A DNA stretch of 64,000 nt from Candidatus Parcubacteria bacterium (GCA_003599635.1 QZIX01000002.1:18224-82223); one strand, 5' to 3'; numbered from the stretch's first letter, positions 31,926 to 41,845 are shown. The notes: a model not told the origin generated them from the letters alone. Numbers and translations are program-made.

Positions 31926-33272
31926 ATGAAAAAAATATTTATTGTTACAATTATAGCTTTTATTCTATTACCATGTCAGGTTTTGGCAGACGAAATTTTT
32001 GACCAGAATTTTATTATTTCGGATTCCCAGCTTACTGATTATGATTCAATGTCAGAAGCCGACATCCGGAATTTTCTGCTGGCCAGGCAAAGCCGGCTGG
32101 CTTCAAAGTCATTTGCTGATTTTTATGGCGGAACCAAAAGAGCGTCACTTATAATTTTTCAGGCTGCCCTGCGAAACCATATAAATCCGAAATTTATTTT
32201 AACCATGCTGCAAAAGGAGCAAAGTCTGGTTGAAAACAAAGAGCCGTCTGCCAGAAACTACGACTGGGCAACAGGCTACGGTCTTTGCGACAGCTGTTCA
32301 AGCGATGATCCGTCACTGGCTATTTTTAAGGGTTTTGGCAATCAGGTTGAATACCTCGGCAAAATAATGAAAAAATATCTGACTTATCCCGATCAGTATA
32401 ATTTTCAGGTCGGCAAAACTTCGCAGGTCGATCTTTATCTGGTAACTCCCTTAAGCCAGGCAACAGCCAATTTATACAATTACACGCCGCATATTTTGGG
32501 CAATAAAAATTTCTGGAAAATATGGCAGGACTACTGGGAAAAAACATATCCTGACGGAACTCTGCTTAAGGCAGTTGACAACAAGGATGTTTGGCTGATA
32601 AGTAACGGATTACGAAGAAAAATAAATTCTTTTTCCATATTGCTGTCAAGATTCGATCCGAAAAAAATAGTTGTTGTCAATCAGCTGGAAATCGATTCTT
32701 ATCCATCGGGTCCGGAAATCAGATTTAACAATTATTCCCTGCTTCGCGACCCGTCGGGTAAAATTTATCTGCTCCAAGACGACAGTTTAAGACATATAAA
32801 TTCGCCTGAGGTATTCAAAATTTTGGGATTCAATATTGAAGAAGTTGAAGATATTACCGATGTTGACCTGACAAATTATAATATCGGGGAACCGCTGACT
32901 TTGCAGAGTGCCTATCCGACAGGCGCCCTGCTGCAAAATAAAAAAACAGGCGGCATTTATTTCGTGCAAGACGGAATAAAATATCCGATTCTTGCCAGGG
33001 AAATCTGGCTGAATAATTATTCCGAAAAAACAGTTATTAAAGTCTTACCCGAAGAGCTGCAAAAATATACTGACGGCTTACCCGTAAAATTTTCTGACGG
33101 GACACTTGTCAAATCAGATGCTGGTCCGGATGTTTTCGTTATTTCCTCCGGAAAAAGACGGCCGGTTATTTCAGGAGATAAGTTTGAAGAACTCGGCTAC
33201 AGTTGGGAAAAAATAATTTCAACGACTCAAACAGTGGCGGAAATTCACCCTTTGGGAGAAATAATAAAATAA
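31926..33272 (+). CDS. hypothetical secreted protein
   Basis: The signal peptide MKKIFIVTIIAFILLPCQVLA begins at 31926. The track start at 31866 overlaps amrS and is unlikely. Confidence 0.6.
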   Translation: MKKIFIVTIIAFILLPCQVLADEIFDQNFIISDSQLTDYDSMSEADIRNFLLARQSRLASKSFADFYGGTKRASLIIFQAALRNHINPKFILTMLQKEQSLVENKEPSARNYDWATGYGLCDSCSSDDPSLAIFKGFGNQVEYLGKIMKKYLTYPDQYNFQVGKTSQVDLYLVTPLSQATANLYNYTPHILGNKNFWKIWQDYWEKTYPDGTLLKAVDNKDVWLISNGLRRKINSFSILLSRFDPKKIVVVNQLEIDSYPSGPEIRFNNYSLLRDPSGKIYLLQDDSLRHINSPEVFKILGFNIEEVEDITDVDLTNYNIGEPLTLQSAYPTGALLQNKKTGGIYFVQDGIKYPILAREIWLNNYSEKTVIKVLPEELQKYTDGLPVKFSDGTLVKSDAGPDVFVISSGKRRPVISGDKFEELGYSWEKIISTTQTVAEIHPLGEIIK

Positions 33273-33298
33273 AAAAACCGCTGCGCAAAGGGCAGCGG
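33271..33298 (-). terminator. intrinsic terminator after ORF 33313..33720
   Basis: CCGCTGC/GCAGCGG stem with an A7 run on the plus strand (T7 on the minus strand). Confidence 0.6.
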
Positions 33299-33312
33299 CG
33301 TAAAGGACTTTT

Positions 33313-33720
33313 TTAAGCAACTTTAATCGCCAGACCTGGTTTTTTCTCCCTATCCGATTCAATGATCTTTTCGCGGGCATCATCTAACAAATTGATTATT
33401 TTCCGGACAAGGCCATCCTGTCCAGGTATAACCGACATTTGTTCGACCAGCTTTGTCACCATGTCTTTCGTGGTGACTGTGTCGTTGCCTTTCCGGATCC
33501 TTTCACAGGCGAGCTTGATAATTCCATACGTCCCGTGCGGATCCACTTTGTACAGATAGGCTAACGTCAACCCCATCAGGTTATTGACGATAAAAGCCAG
33601 ACTAGGATCGGTGTAGGGGAAAAAATCAACCAGGGCATAGGCAAACGATTTTGGCTCTTTGAAGATTACTTCAATCGCTCGCCAGTCAGGATTTGGTGTG
33701 TCCAGATTCGTGCCCAGCAT
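33313..33720 (-). CDS. hypothetical protein (possible 5' frame break)
   Basis: 135-aa ORF. An SD-led 25-codon ORF (33743..33820) lies just upstream in another frame. Confidence 0.45.
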   Translation of the reverse strand: MLGTNLDTPNPDWRAIEVIFKEPKSFAYALVDFFPYTDPSLAFIVNNLMGLTLAYLYKVDPHGTYGIIKLACERIRKGNDTVTTKDMVTKLVEQMSVIPGQDGLVRKIINLLDDAREKIIESDREKKPGLAIKVA

Positions 33721-33913
33721 GGCTATCGTCCGTCCCCTAAGGTCAACCCGTGGGGGTAAAAATTAGTTTCCAGTCTTTACCGGTCAATACCTGCGGTTGT
33801 GCCATATCCGTTGTCTTCATGTTAGTCCTCCTTTTCCTTTTGGTTATTTTAAAAAAAGCGAATTTTTTACTGTTATCAGGTAAATTAACAAAATATAAAG
33901 ACTAAGTCAAATT

Positions 33914-33942
33914 TTAATAAAAACGGCAAGTCGTGCTATAAT
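33914..33942 (+). promoter_or_regulatory. promoter of the LigB-like gene (TTAATA-14-TGcTATAAT, extended -10)
   Basis: A TGn extended -10 motif is read directly from the sequence. Confidence 0.45.
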
Positions 33943-33977
33943 TTAACCAAGCTGTCTTAATTTTATAAAATGAAAAT

Positions 33978-34772
33978 ATGTCCTTGGTTTTTGCCGCCAT
34001 AACCCCTCATCCGCCAATTTTGATTCCTTCAGTAGGGCAGAACAACCTGAAAAAAATTAACCAGACCAGAAAAGCCATGCAGGATCTTTCGGGAGAATTT
34101 TACGCTGCCCGGCCGGATACCGCAGTTATTATTTCACCACACGGCGATGTTTTTAATGATGCCTTTACAGTAAATATTGCCGCTGATTTTGAAGCCAATT
34201 TTGAACAGTTCGGGGATTTCTCAACCAAACTGAAATTTTCGGCTGATTTCGAATTTATTCAGCAGTTACGGATCAAAACAGAGGCGACAAACGATTATCC
34301 TTTGACCATGGTTTCGAATTCCCGGCTTGATCACGGAGTCGCAGTACCTTTATTTTATCTGACCCAGAGATCGAAAATGAAGATAGTTCCGCTGGGTTAC
34401 AGTTTTTTAAATTTAAAAAAGCATTTTGATTTCGGACGTTATCTGCATAAAATTATTTCCAAGTCGGAAAAAAGAATAGCAGTTATAGCTTCGGGAGATC
34501 TGTCGCATTGCTTAAGTCATGAAGCGCCGGGAGGTTTTGCCGAAGAAGGAAAAATTTTCGATAAAAACTTAATTGATTTTATAGAAAGTAAAGATACGGA
34601 AAATATACTCAATTTTGATGAAAAGTTTGTGGCTGCTGCCGGTGAATGCGGTCTGCGTTCATTTGCCATACTTTTGGGAATTTTGGATGATGTAGGTTAT
34701 AAACCGGAAGTTCTTTCTTATGAAGGCCCTTTTGGCGTCGGATATTTGGTGGCAAATTTCAGAATAGGATAA
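33978..34772 (+). CDS. LigB-fold (class III extradiol dioxygenase subunit B-like / Memo-related) protein
   Basis: Contains AAITPHPPILIP, ISPHGD, LDHGVAVPLFYL and ASGDLSH, a LigB/Memo-superfamily metal-site pattern. Confidence 0.65.
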   Translation: MSLVFAAITPHPPILIPSVGQNNLKKINQTRKAMQDLSGEFYAARPDTAVIISPHGDVFNDAFTVNIAADFEANFEQFGDFSTKLKFSADFEFIQQLRIKTEATNDYPLTMVSNSRLDHGVAVPLFYLTQRSKMKIVPLGYSFLNLKKHFDFGRYLHKIISKSEKRIAVIASGDLSHCLSHEAPGGFAEEGKIFDKNLIDFIESKDTENILNFDEKFVAAAGECGLRSFAILLGILDDVGYKPEVLSYEGPFGVGYLVANFRIG

Positions 34773-34783
34773 TAATTTGACAC

Positions 34784-34807
34784 ACCGGCCTGCAGCCGGT
34801 TTTTTTA
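34784..34807 (+). terminator. intrinsic terminator after the LigB-like gene
   Basis: ACCGGC-ctgca-GCCGGT followed by T7. Confidence 0.75.
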
Positions 34808-34834
34808 ATATTTTTTAGTCAGTAAATTTAGTTT

Positions 34835-36688
34835 ATGAAAACTGTTGCCAAAATTATTCCTTATGTGCGACTTCCCAAATCACTGGGCGTTTTCGATTAT
34901 AAAATAGCCCCTCATCAGGCCGGAGCTATCAAACCGGGTGCCCTGGTCAGGATTAATTTCAGAAACAAACCTGTCTTTGGCGTTGTTTTGTCAGCCGCGC
35001 AAAATTCCGGCATCAGTAAAAAAAAGCTTCTGGAAATCGATGAGGTTACAGACCTGGTTTTACCGCCGAAATTTATGCAATTTTTGTTATGGTTTGCCGA
35101 TTATTATTTTATATCACCTGCTCTGGCTTTAAAGACGATGATGCCGAAACCGGCGGCAAAAAAAGATTCAAAAAAAGATTTTTGGCCCTGCGTTAAATCA
35201 AGCAACAAAATGCGGCCAAAGGCGTTCAGGGCAAAAGAGAAAAAAATTCTGTATTTAAACAGTGAACCGCGGAATTATTTTGATTTGATTTCTAAAACAA
35301 TAAAAAGTAAAAAGCAGGTTTTAGTGCTGTTCCCTGAAATTTTTCAGGTGCAAAACATCTATCAGGAATTTTTAGATTTTTTTAAAGATGCCGGCTTGGT
35401 TCAGTTTCACAGTCGTACGCCGGCAGGATCGCTTTATACTGTCTGGCGCAATATTCTAACCGGCAAGGCGTCGATTATTGTCGGAACCAGACAGGCAGTG
35501 ATGGTTCCTCTGACTAACCTGGGCCTGATTATAATCAATGACTCCTTTAATTCAAGTTTTAAACAATGGGATCAGAACCCGCGATATAATGCGTCCGTTC
35601 TGGTTGAAAAACTCAGGGAAATTTTCGATTGCCAGCTGGTTATTTCAACTCTGACGCCGACTGTGGAAGAATACAATCAGGTTTTGGAAAATAAATTTCA
35701 ATTATATGAAGCCGGCGGGGTAAAAACCGAATCGATAACAAGAGTTATCAATATGAAGGATGAAATTAAAGCGGGAAATTTTTCGGTATTTTCAAGGGAG
35801 TTGATGTCCGAAATGTCAGCTGCGGCGAAGAAAGGTGAAAAGGTGCTGATTCTGGCCGGCGGCAAAAGCACCTACTCCTATGTAATCTGCCGGGACTGCG
35901 GTTATGTGCCTAAATGTCCCGACTGCGGAGTTGCTTTTTCCTACTATGAAAATCAAGCTGACGATCTTATTTGCAATCACTGCCGCAGAAAACAGATTAT
36001 GTCGCCTTTCTGTCCTTTGTGTCGCGGTTCCCGCTTTAAGTTTGTTGGCGTCGGTCTTTTGAAAATTACAGCCGATCTTAAAAAATTTTTTCCCGACGCA
36101 AAAATAGAATTAATAGATAATCAAAAACTAATAAATGCGGATGCGGAAATATTTTTGTCCACGCCAGCCGGCTTAAACCGTATCCAGGATTGCAAATTCA
36201 AAACAGCCTCGATTTTGAATTTTGATACGCTGATTAATGTACCGGACTATCGAGCCAGCGAAAGATCCTGGCGTTTAATATTCAGATTGAAAACTTTATC
36301 TTCGCGCTTACTAATCCAGACTTATAATACCGAAAATCCCGTGCTGCAGCACCCCGGATATGCTTTTTATAAGGAGGAAATAAAAAATCGAAAATCAATG
36401 GGTTACCCGCCTTTTGGTTTTTTCATTAAATTTATTTATCAGGACAGTCATGACGATGTTGCGAAAAAAACCGCCTTTTTGCTTTTTTGTGACTTAAAAA
36501 GAACGGCTGTGCAAGACGTGACGGTTTTAGGTCCTTTTCCTTCCTATATCAGGAAAATTCGCGGCAATTACCGATGGCTGGTAATTTTAAAATGCGGTTT
36601 GAAGACCAGAAGAGATGACATAAAAAAAATAATGTCAAAAATAGACGACAAATGGTTAATTGACATTAATCCAGATTCTTTGCTATGA
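34835..36688 (+). CDS. priA: primosomal protein N' (PriA) homologue with degenerate helicase motifs
   Basis: Collinear with PriA (VLVLFPEI, IIVGTRQA, NPRYNA, and a CRDCG..CPDCG..CNHC..CPLC zinc module). Motif I and DEEH are replaced by LNSEPRNY and NDSF. Confidence 0.8.
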   Translation: MKTVAKIIPYVRLPKSLGVFDYKIAPHQAGAIKPGALVRINFRNKPVFGVVLSAAQNSGISKKKLLEIDEVTDLVLPPKFMQFLLWFADYYFISPALALKTMMPKPAAKKDSKKDFWPCVKSSNKMRPKAFRAKEKKILYLNSEPRNYFDLISKTIKSKKQVLVLFPEIFQVQNIYQEFLDFFKDAGLVQFHSRTPAGSLYTVWRNILTGKASIIVGTRQAVMVPLTNLGLIIINDSFNSSFKQWDQNPRYNASVLVEKLREIFDCQLVISTLTPTVEEYNQVLENKFQLYEAGGVKTESITRVINMKDEIKAGNFSVFSRELMSEMSAAAKKGEKVLILAGGKSTYSYVICRDCGYVPKCPDCGVAFSYYENQADDLICNHCRRKQIMSPFCPLCRGSRFKFVGVGLLKITADLKKFFPDAKIELIDNQKLINADAEIFLSTPAGLNRIQDCKFKTASILNFDTLINVPDYRASERSWRLIFRLKTLSSRLLIQTYNTENPVLQHPGYAFYKEEIKNRKSMGYPPFGFFIKFIYQDSHDDVAKKTAFLLFCDLKRTAVQDVTVLGPFPSYIRKIRGNYRWLVILKCGLKTRRDDIKKIMSKIDDKWLIDINPDSLL

Positions 36689-36699
36689 TTTAGAAGTTT

Positions 36700-37197
36700 A
36701 TGGCTGAAATTTTGAATATTTTGCTGTTTCCTGACAAAGGACTGCAAAAAAAATCCAAAAAAATCAAAGATTTTAATACTGATGAAATAAATCAGTTGAT
36801 TTTAGATATGGACAAAACGATGAAGGAAAGAAACGGCATTGGACTGGCAGCGCCTCAGGTCGGTAAAAATATCCGTTTGATTTTGGTCAATACCGAAAAG
36901 GGCAGTTTGGCCCTTTTAAACCCGAAAATAAAAAGAAAATCATGGGCGAAAGAATTGGGCGAAGAAGGGTGCCTGAGTCTGCCGGAAATCTGGGGCCTGG
37001 TTAAGAGATGCAAAAAAATCAAAGTTGAAGCAATGACTAAGCAGGGCAAAAAAATAACGTTTGAAGCCGAGGGTCTTTTCGCCCGTGTTATACAGCATGA
37101 GGTCGACCATTTGGACGGCATTCTTTTTATAAAGAGAACAAAAAAAATTGTCAAAGGCGCGGACAAATTGGCTGGACTTGGTAAAAGTAAAAAATAA
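36700..37197 (+). CDS. def: peptide deformylase
   Basis: Motifs GIGLAAPQVG, EGCLS and HEVDH. Confidence 0.95.
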   Translation: MAEILNILLFPDKGLQKKSKKIKDFNTDEINQLILDMDKTMKERNGIGLAAPQVGKNIRLILVNTEKGSLALLNPKIKRKSWAKELGEEGCLSLPEIWGLVKRCKKIKVEAMTKQGKKITFEAEGLFARVIQHEVDHLDGILFIKRTKKIVKGADKLAGLGKSKK

Positions 37198-37261
37198 GCG
37201 GTAAAAAATCACGTGGCTTGCCGGATTTTAATTTTTCGTTAAATCACAAACTGAAAAAATA

Positions 37262-38197
37262 ATGCCTGTTAAAAATAGCATAGTATTTTTCGGTACTTCT
37301 TATTTTGCTTCCATCATTTTAAAAAAGCTGGCGGCGAATTTTTGTGTTTTGACGGTTATAACGCAGCCCGACAGGCCATCGGGAAGAAAACAGCAAATAA
37401 TGGAAACTGAAGTGAAAAAGACGGCTAAAGAAATGAAAATCCCCTTTTTTCAGCCGGAAAATTTAAACGATAAAAATTTCTTATTGCTTTTAAAAAAGTA
37501 CGGGGCCGAGGCGGGGGTTTTGGCGGCTTATGCCCAAATAGTGCCCAAGCAAGTCCTTAAAGCTTTTCCCAAAGGCATTTTAAATGTTCATCCGTCACTT
37601 TTGCCGAAATACCGGGGCGCTTCTCCTGTTCAGACTGCGATTATTAATAATGAAAAAGAAACAGGAGTTAGCATCATAAAACTGACTGACAAACTTGACG
37701 CCGGGCCGATTTTGGCACAAACGAAAATTGCCATAAATGACGATGACAATAATATATCACTGCATGAAAAATGCGCATTCGCCGGAGCTCAATTGTTTGT
37801 GAAAATTTTACCCGATTATTTATCGGGTAATTTTGTTTTAAAAGAGCAGGAAGAATCACTGGCCAGTATGACTTATGAATTGCGAAAAGAAGACGGTAAG
37901 GTGAACTGGAATGATGACGCGGCAAAAATTTTCAGAATTTATAGAGCTTATCTGGGCTGGCCCGGGATATTTACTTTTTTGGAAAACAAAAGGATAAAGA
38001 TGACCGAAATACGCTTTTTGAATAAAAATTTTACTCGAAAAGCCGGCGCTATTACCGTTTCCGGCCAGGATATATACGTACAATGCAAAAATCAGTCGGT
38101 GCAGATTTTAAAATTAAAACCGGAAGGCAAAGATGAAATGACAGCCGGACAATATCTGTTGGGCCATAAAAAATTAAGCGGAAATATTTTTACTTAA
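37262..38197 (+). CDS. fmt: methionyl-tRNA formyltransferase
   Basis: Motif NVHPSLLPKYRGASP plus a C-terminal Fmt domain, directly after def. Confidence 0.95.
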   Translation: MPVKNSIVFFGTSYFASIILKKLAANFCVLTVITQPDRPSGRKQQIMETEVKKTAKEMKIPFFQPENLNDKNFLLLLKKYGAEAGVLAAYAQIVPKQVLKAFPKGILNVHPSLLPKYRGASPVQTAIINNEKETGVSIIKLTDKLDAGPILAQTKIAINDDDNNISLHEKCAFAGAQLFVKILPDYLSGNFVLKEQEESLASMTYELRKEDGKVNWNDDAAKIFRIYRAYLGWPGIFTFLENKRIKMTEIRFLNKNFTRKAGAITVSGQDIYVQCKNQSVQILKLKPEGKDEMTAGQYLLGHKKLSGNIFT

Positions 38198-39679
38198 CCT
38201 GGCTTGATCTGCGGCAAATATCCAGACAAGCAAAATAATATAGCCCATACCTAAAGGATGGTTCAGATATGGCGTAAAAATGTTGGCAATCAGAAGAGCC
38301 GCTAAACCGGCAATAAGGCCGCAATACAAATATTTTTTTTCTTCCTCAATTATTAGAAACTGTTCAGCCGCTTTTAATATTATTGTCAGAACAAACAGCA
38401 GATAAAAAAATAAGCCGACTATTCCTGTTTTAAGCCAGATATCAAGATAACCCCATTCAAAGGCGTAAGTTGTGTATTTTCCCTGCGGGCTGGCGGCTAA
38501 AATCCTTGGGTCGCTGCTTTTATAAGTCAAAGTCGTTCCAAAGCCGCTGCCGAAAAACGGCTTTTTTGATATGGCCAAGATGAGAGGTTCAAGCTGATTT
38601 TTTCGGCTGGATTCTGAAGATCGGGCCGACACACCGCTTGTTCTGGCTGTAATTATTTCCAGTGACGTTTTTTTGGTTATCAGATAAATGAAAATTGAGC
38701 TGAAGACGCATAATATTGCCGTATAAACGACAACTGAAACAACCAGATTTTTTTTTAACCGGAAAATATAGATAAAGCCGGCTATTGTCATTATAAATGC
38801 GGCCAAGCCGGCCAGCCAAAAACTTCTAGACTGACTGATTAATATGGTTGTTGTGTTTAAAATGGAAAACAAAGTTATAAAAAACAAATTTTTGGAAATT
38901 TTTTCCCTGCCAAAAAGATTTTTATCCCTGACGTAGAACAAAAACAAGGCGAAAAATATGAAAAAAGCTGCTAAAGAATAAATCTGCGACTGAAAAAAGA
39001 TCCGGAAAATATCATTTGAGATGTAGGTTATTTCCCCTACCCCGGTATTTCTTAACCATTTGTAAAAAGGGCTTCCGATGTAAGCGAAACGATACGAAAA
39101 TATATTTAGCACGACAATAGTTTTTAAAGAAAGCCAGGCAACGGAGGCGAAAAATATTGACATTATTTTGTCCGCCTGTTCGCTGTTAACTGAAATGATT
39201 CCCACAGGCAGGATCAATAAAAAGATCCAGGAGTTGAAGTCAAAAAATAAGTTGTTGAAGTCGTTCTTTAAGCTGCCTATAAAAAGACCGTAAACGACGC
39301 TAAAAATCAGGAGCGTATACCCGGCAAGAATGTAAGGGCAAGATTTTATTTTTTTAAAAAAGGCCCAAAAATTTATTTTTTTGTTTAAAAGTAAAAGTAT
39401 CCAGACACCCAGGATAACTATGAAAATTCCGATTCTCAGGGATATGACAGTATCCGAAATGTTCAGGGAAAAAAGGTATCCTTTGCCGCCGACAAAAAGC
39501 TCGGCCAGCATTATATAGAGTCCGTATACAATATTTTTTAAACTTAAAAATAGGATTGCCGCCAAAATCAGGGCAAATAAAAAAGCTGTCAACATCCTGC
39601 TGTTAAAGCTTAGAAAAGACAGCGTTTCCGCAACGATAATTGAAATAAGGGCAGCGTAAAAATATTTGTTGACTGGCAT
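38174..39679 (-). CDS. O-antigen ligase/polymerase-like polytopic membrane protein
   Basis: 501 aa with more than 10 TM segments and one larger loop. Sits at the edge of a glycosyltransferase/flippase locus. Confidence 0.5.
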   Translation of the reverse strand: MPVNKYFYAALISIIVAETLSFLSFNSRMLTAFLFALILAAILFLSLKNIVYGLYIMLAELFVGGKGYLFSLNISDTVISLRIGIFIVILGVWILLLLNKKINFWAFFKKIKSCPYILAGYTLLIFSVVYGLFIGSLKNDFNNLFFDFNSWIFLLILPVGIISVNSEQADKIMSIFFASVAWLSLKTIVVLNIFSYRFAYIGSPFYKWLRNTGVGEITYISNDIFRIFFQSQIYSLAAFFIFFALFLFYVRDKNLFGREKISKNLFFITLFSILNTTTILISQSRSFWLAGLAAFIMTIAGFIYIFRLKKNLVVSVVVYTAILCVFSSIFIYLITKKTSLEIITARTSGVSARSSESSRKNQLEPLILAISKKPFFGSGFGTTLTYKSSDPRILAASPQGKYTTYAFEWGYLDIWLKTGIVGLFFYLLFVLTIILKAAEQFLIIEEEKKYLYCGLIAGLAALLIANIFTPYLNHPLGMGYIILLVWIFAADQARLSKNISA

Positions 39680-39738
39680 TTATTATATTACTGGCTTATG
39701 TTAAGATAATAATAACATTTATAACCATATCCGTCATT

Positions 39739-40995
39739 ATGGACAATCTAAAAAAACAGCTCGGTAAAAATATTGAAAAAATAAGGCAGAAAGCGGCAAA
39801 AATCCGGTCGAAAAAAGGTGATGAAATATTAAGCACGATAAAAAAGAAGGATATGTTTTCCGGGCTTCGCGGAATTACAACCTCGATTGGCGAAACAAGT
39901 TATGTTGATCCGGAATCCGGTTTAATGATCAGGGGAAAATCAATAAGCGATCTTTCCGGATGCCTGCCCGAAGAAGTCTTTTTTTTATTGTTAACCGGCC
40001 GCCTGCCGAAAAAATTCGAGTTGCACAAGCTAAGTCAGGAACTGGCGAAAAAAGCTGATTTACCCGGCTATGTCTATAAAATTTTAAAAATCTTACCGCC
40101 CGAAACGCACCCTATGACCATGTTCAATACGGCCTTACTGTCTTTGCAGAACGAATCTGTGCTTAGCGGAAAATACAATCCGGCCATTAAAAAAGAACAG
40201 CTGTGGCAGTACGTGTTGACCGACTGCCTGAATCTGATCGCCAAGGCGCCAATTATTGCCTCAGCAGTCTACCAGTTGAAATATAAGGCGGGAAAACTGC
40301 CCAGATACAGCCGTAAATTAAGCTGGTCGAAAAATTTTTCGCGGAATTTGGGGATTAAAGATAAAAGATTTGATGATTTGATACGCCTTTATCTGGTATT
40401 GCACTCCGATCATGAGGGTGCCAACGTCAGTGTCAATTCAGCCAGGCTAGTCGCGTCAGCTTTATCAGACCCCTACTTTTCAGTTAGCGCTGGTTTAAAC
40501 GGCCTGGCCGGACCTTTGCACGGCCTGGCCTGCCAGGAAAGCGTCAGGTTCATTTTAAAAATAAAAAAGCATTTTGGAAAAATACCGACAAAACAAGATC
40601 TTGAAAAATATCTTCGCCGCTGCCTTTTAGAAGAAAAAATTATACCCGGCTACGGACACGCTGTTTTAAGGGCAACTGACCAAAGATTTTTGGCATTGCT
40701 TGAATTCAGCCGTAAATACAGGATGAAAAACGAAGCGCTTGAATTGGTCTGCCTGCTCTATCAGGTAACTCCGGGTTTGTTGAAGGAAAAAGGCAAAATA
40801 AAAAATCCATATCCTAATGTTGACGCAATTTCCGGAAGTTTGCTTTACAGTTTCGGCCTGAAGGAAACCGAATTTTATACTGTGGTATTTGCTTTGGCAA
40901 GGATTTTGGGAATTTGTTCCCAGATAATCTGGGATCGAGCCTTAAACCTGCCTTTAGTCAGGCCAAGATCGATTACTTTGGATCAGATGCTTTAA
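39739..40995 (+). CDS. gltA: citrate synthase family protein
   Basis: Motifs LHSDHEGANVS and PGYGHAVLRATDQRF (the citrate synthase His/His/Asp region). Confidence 0.8.
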   Translation: MDNLKKQLGKNIEKIRQKAAKIRSKKGDEILSTIKKKDMFSGLRGITTSIGETSYVDPESGLMIRGKSISDLSGCLPEEVFFLLLTGRLPKKFELHKLSQELAKKADLPGYVYKILKILPPETHPMTMFNTALLSLQNESVLSGKYNPAIKKEQLWQYVLTDCLNLIAKAPIIASAVYQLKYKAGKLPRYSRKLSWSKNFSRNLGIKDKRFDDLIRLYLVLHSDHEGANVSVNSARLVASALSDPYFSVSAGLNGLAGPLHGLACQESVRFILKIKKHFGKIPTKQDLEKYLRRCLLEEKIIPGYGHAVLRATDQRFLALLEFSRKYRMKNEALELVCLLYQVTPGLLKEKGKIKNPYPNVDAISGSLLYSFGLKETEFYTVVFALARILGICSQIIWDRALNLPLVRPRSITLDQML

Positions 40996-41839
40996 CTTTT
41001 TTAAACTGATAAAGCCAGACTAAAAACAGACTGCCATATTGCGCTGCCGCAAGGCAAAGCCAGGCTAATAGATTGTGATGTTTTCTGAAATAAAGCAGTA
41101 AAGACTCGTTAAAAAAATTTCTTTTTTTTAACGGCATTAACTGTTTGAAACTTTGTCCGCCGTAATGCTTTATTGTCGCTTCCGGAAAATAATATATTTT
41201 GAAGCCGGCTGCTTTAATTCTTTTGCATAAATCGACTTCTTCGAACCAAATATAAAAATTTTCATCAAACATACCCACTTGAGTAAATATTTTTCGCGGT
41301 AAAAGCATGAAAGCGCCCATTATCTGATCGACCTCAGCCCCTGTTTCATAGTCAAAATCCGCAGCAAAATAGCGCCGCAGCGGCCCAAGCCGGGGAAAAA
41401 AGTGATGCAGTTTGTAAAGGATTAAGAGTTGCGAACAAAAGGTCGGAAATCGCCTGACAGACGGTTGGACAGATCCGTCGGCATTGGTTATTTTACATCC
41501 CAAAGCCCCTATCTGAGGGTCGGTTTTTATGCAAGACAGTGATTTTTGTACGGTATCAGCGTAAATTTCCGTATCCGGATTCAGGATAAGGATATATTCA
41601 CCTGTTGATCGGCCTAAGGCCAGGTTATTGGCCCTGGCGAAACCTAAATTTTTTGAATTTTCCGTCAGTTTGACTTGCGGAAAATTTTTTTTAACAGCCA
41701 AAGCACTGCCGTCAGATGAACCGTTATCGACTACAAAAACTTCAAAATCAAGACCATTTAAGTTTTTAAATATTGAATTGAGGCAGGTTAACAATTTTTC
41801 CCTGACGTTCCAGGAAACGATTATAATTGATAAATCCAT
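40973..41839 (-). CDS. family 2 glycosyltransferase
   Basis: Motifs LSIIIVSWN...FVVDNGSSDGS and a DxD-type NPD. Confidence 0.85.
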   Translation of the reverse strand: MDLSIIIVSWNVREKLLTCLNSIFKNLNGLDFEVFVVDNGSSDGSALAVKKNFPQVKLTENSKNLGFARANNLALGRSTGEYILILNPDTEIYADTVQKSLSCIKTDPQIGALGCKITNADGSVQPSVRRFPTFCSQLLILYKLHHFFPRLGPLRRYFAADFDYETGAEVDQIMGAFMLLPRKIFTQVGMFDENFYIWFEEVDLCKRIKAAGFKIYYFPEATIKHYGGQSFKQLMPLKKRNFFNESLLLYFRKHHNLLAWLCLAAAQYGSLFLVWLYQFKKVKASDPK

Positions 41840-41845
41840 ATATTC

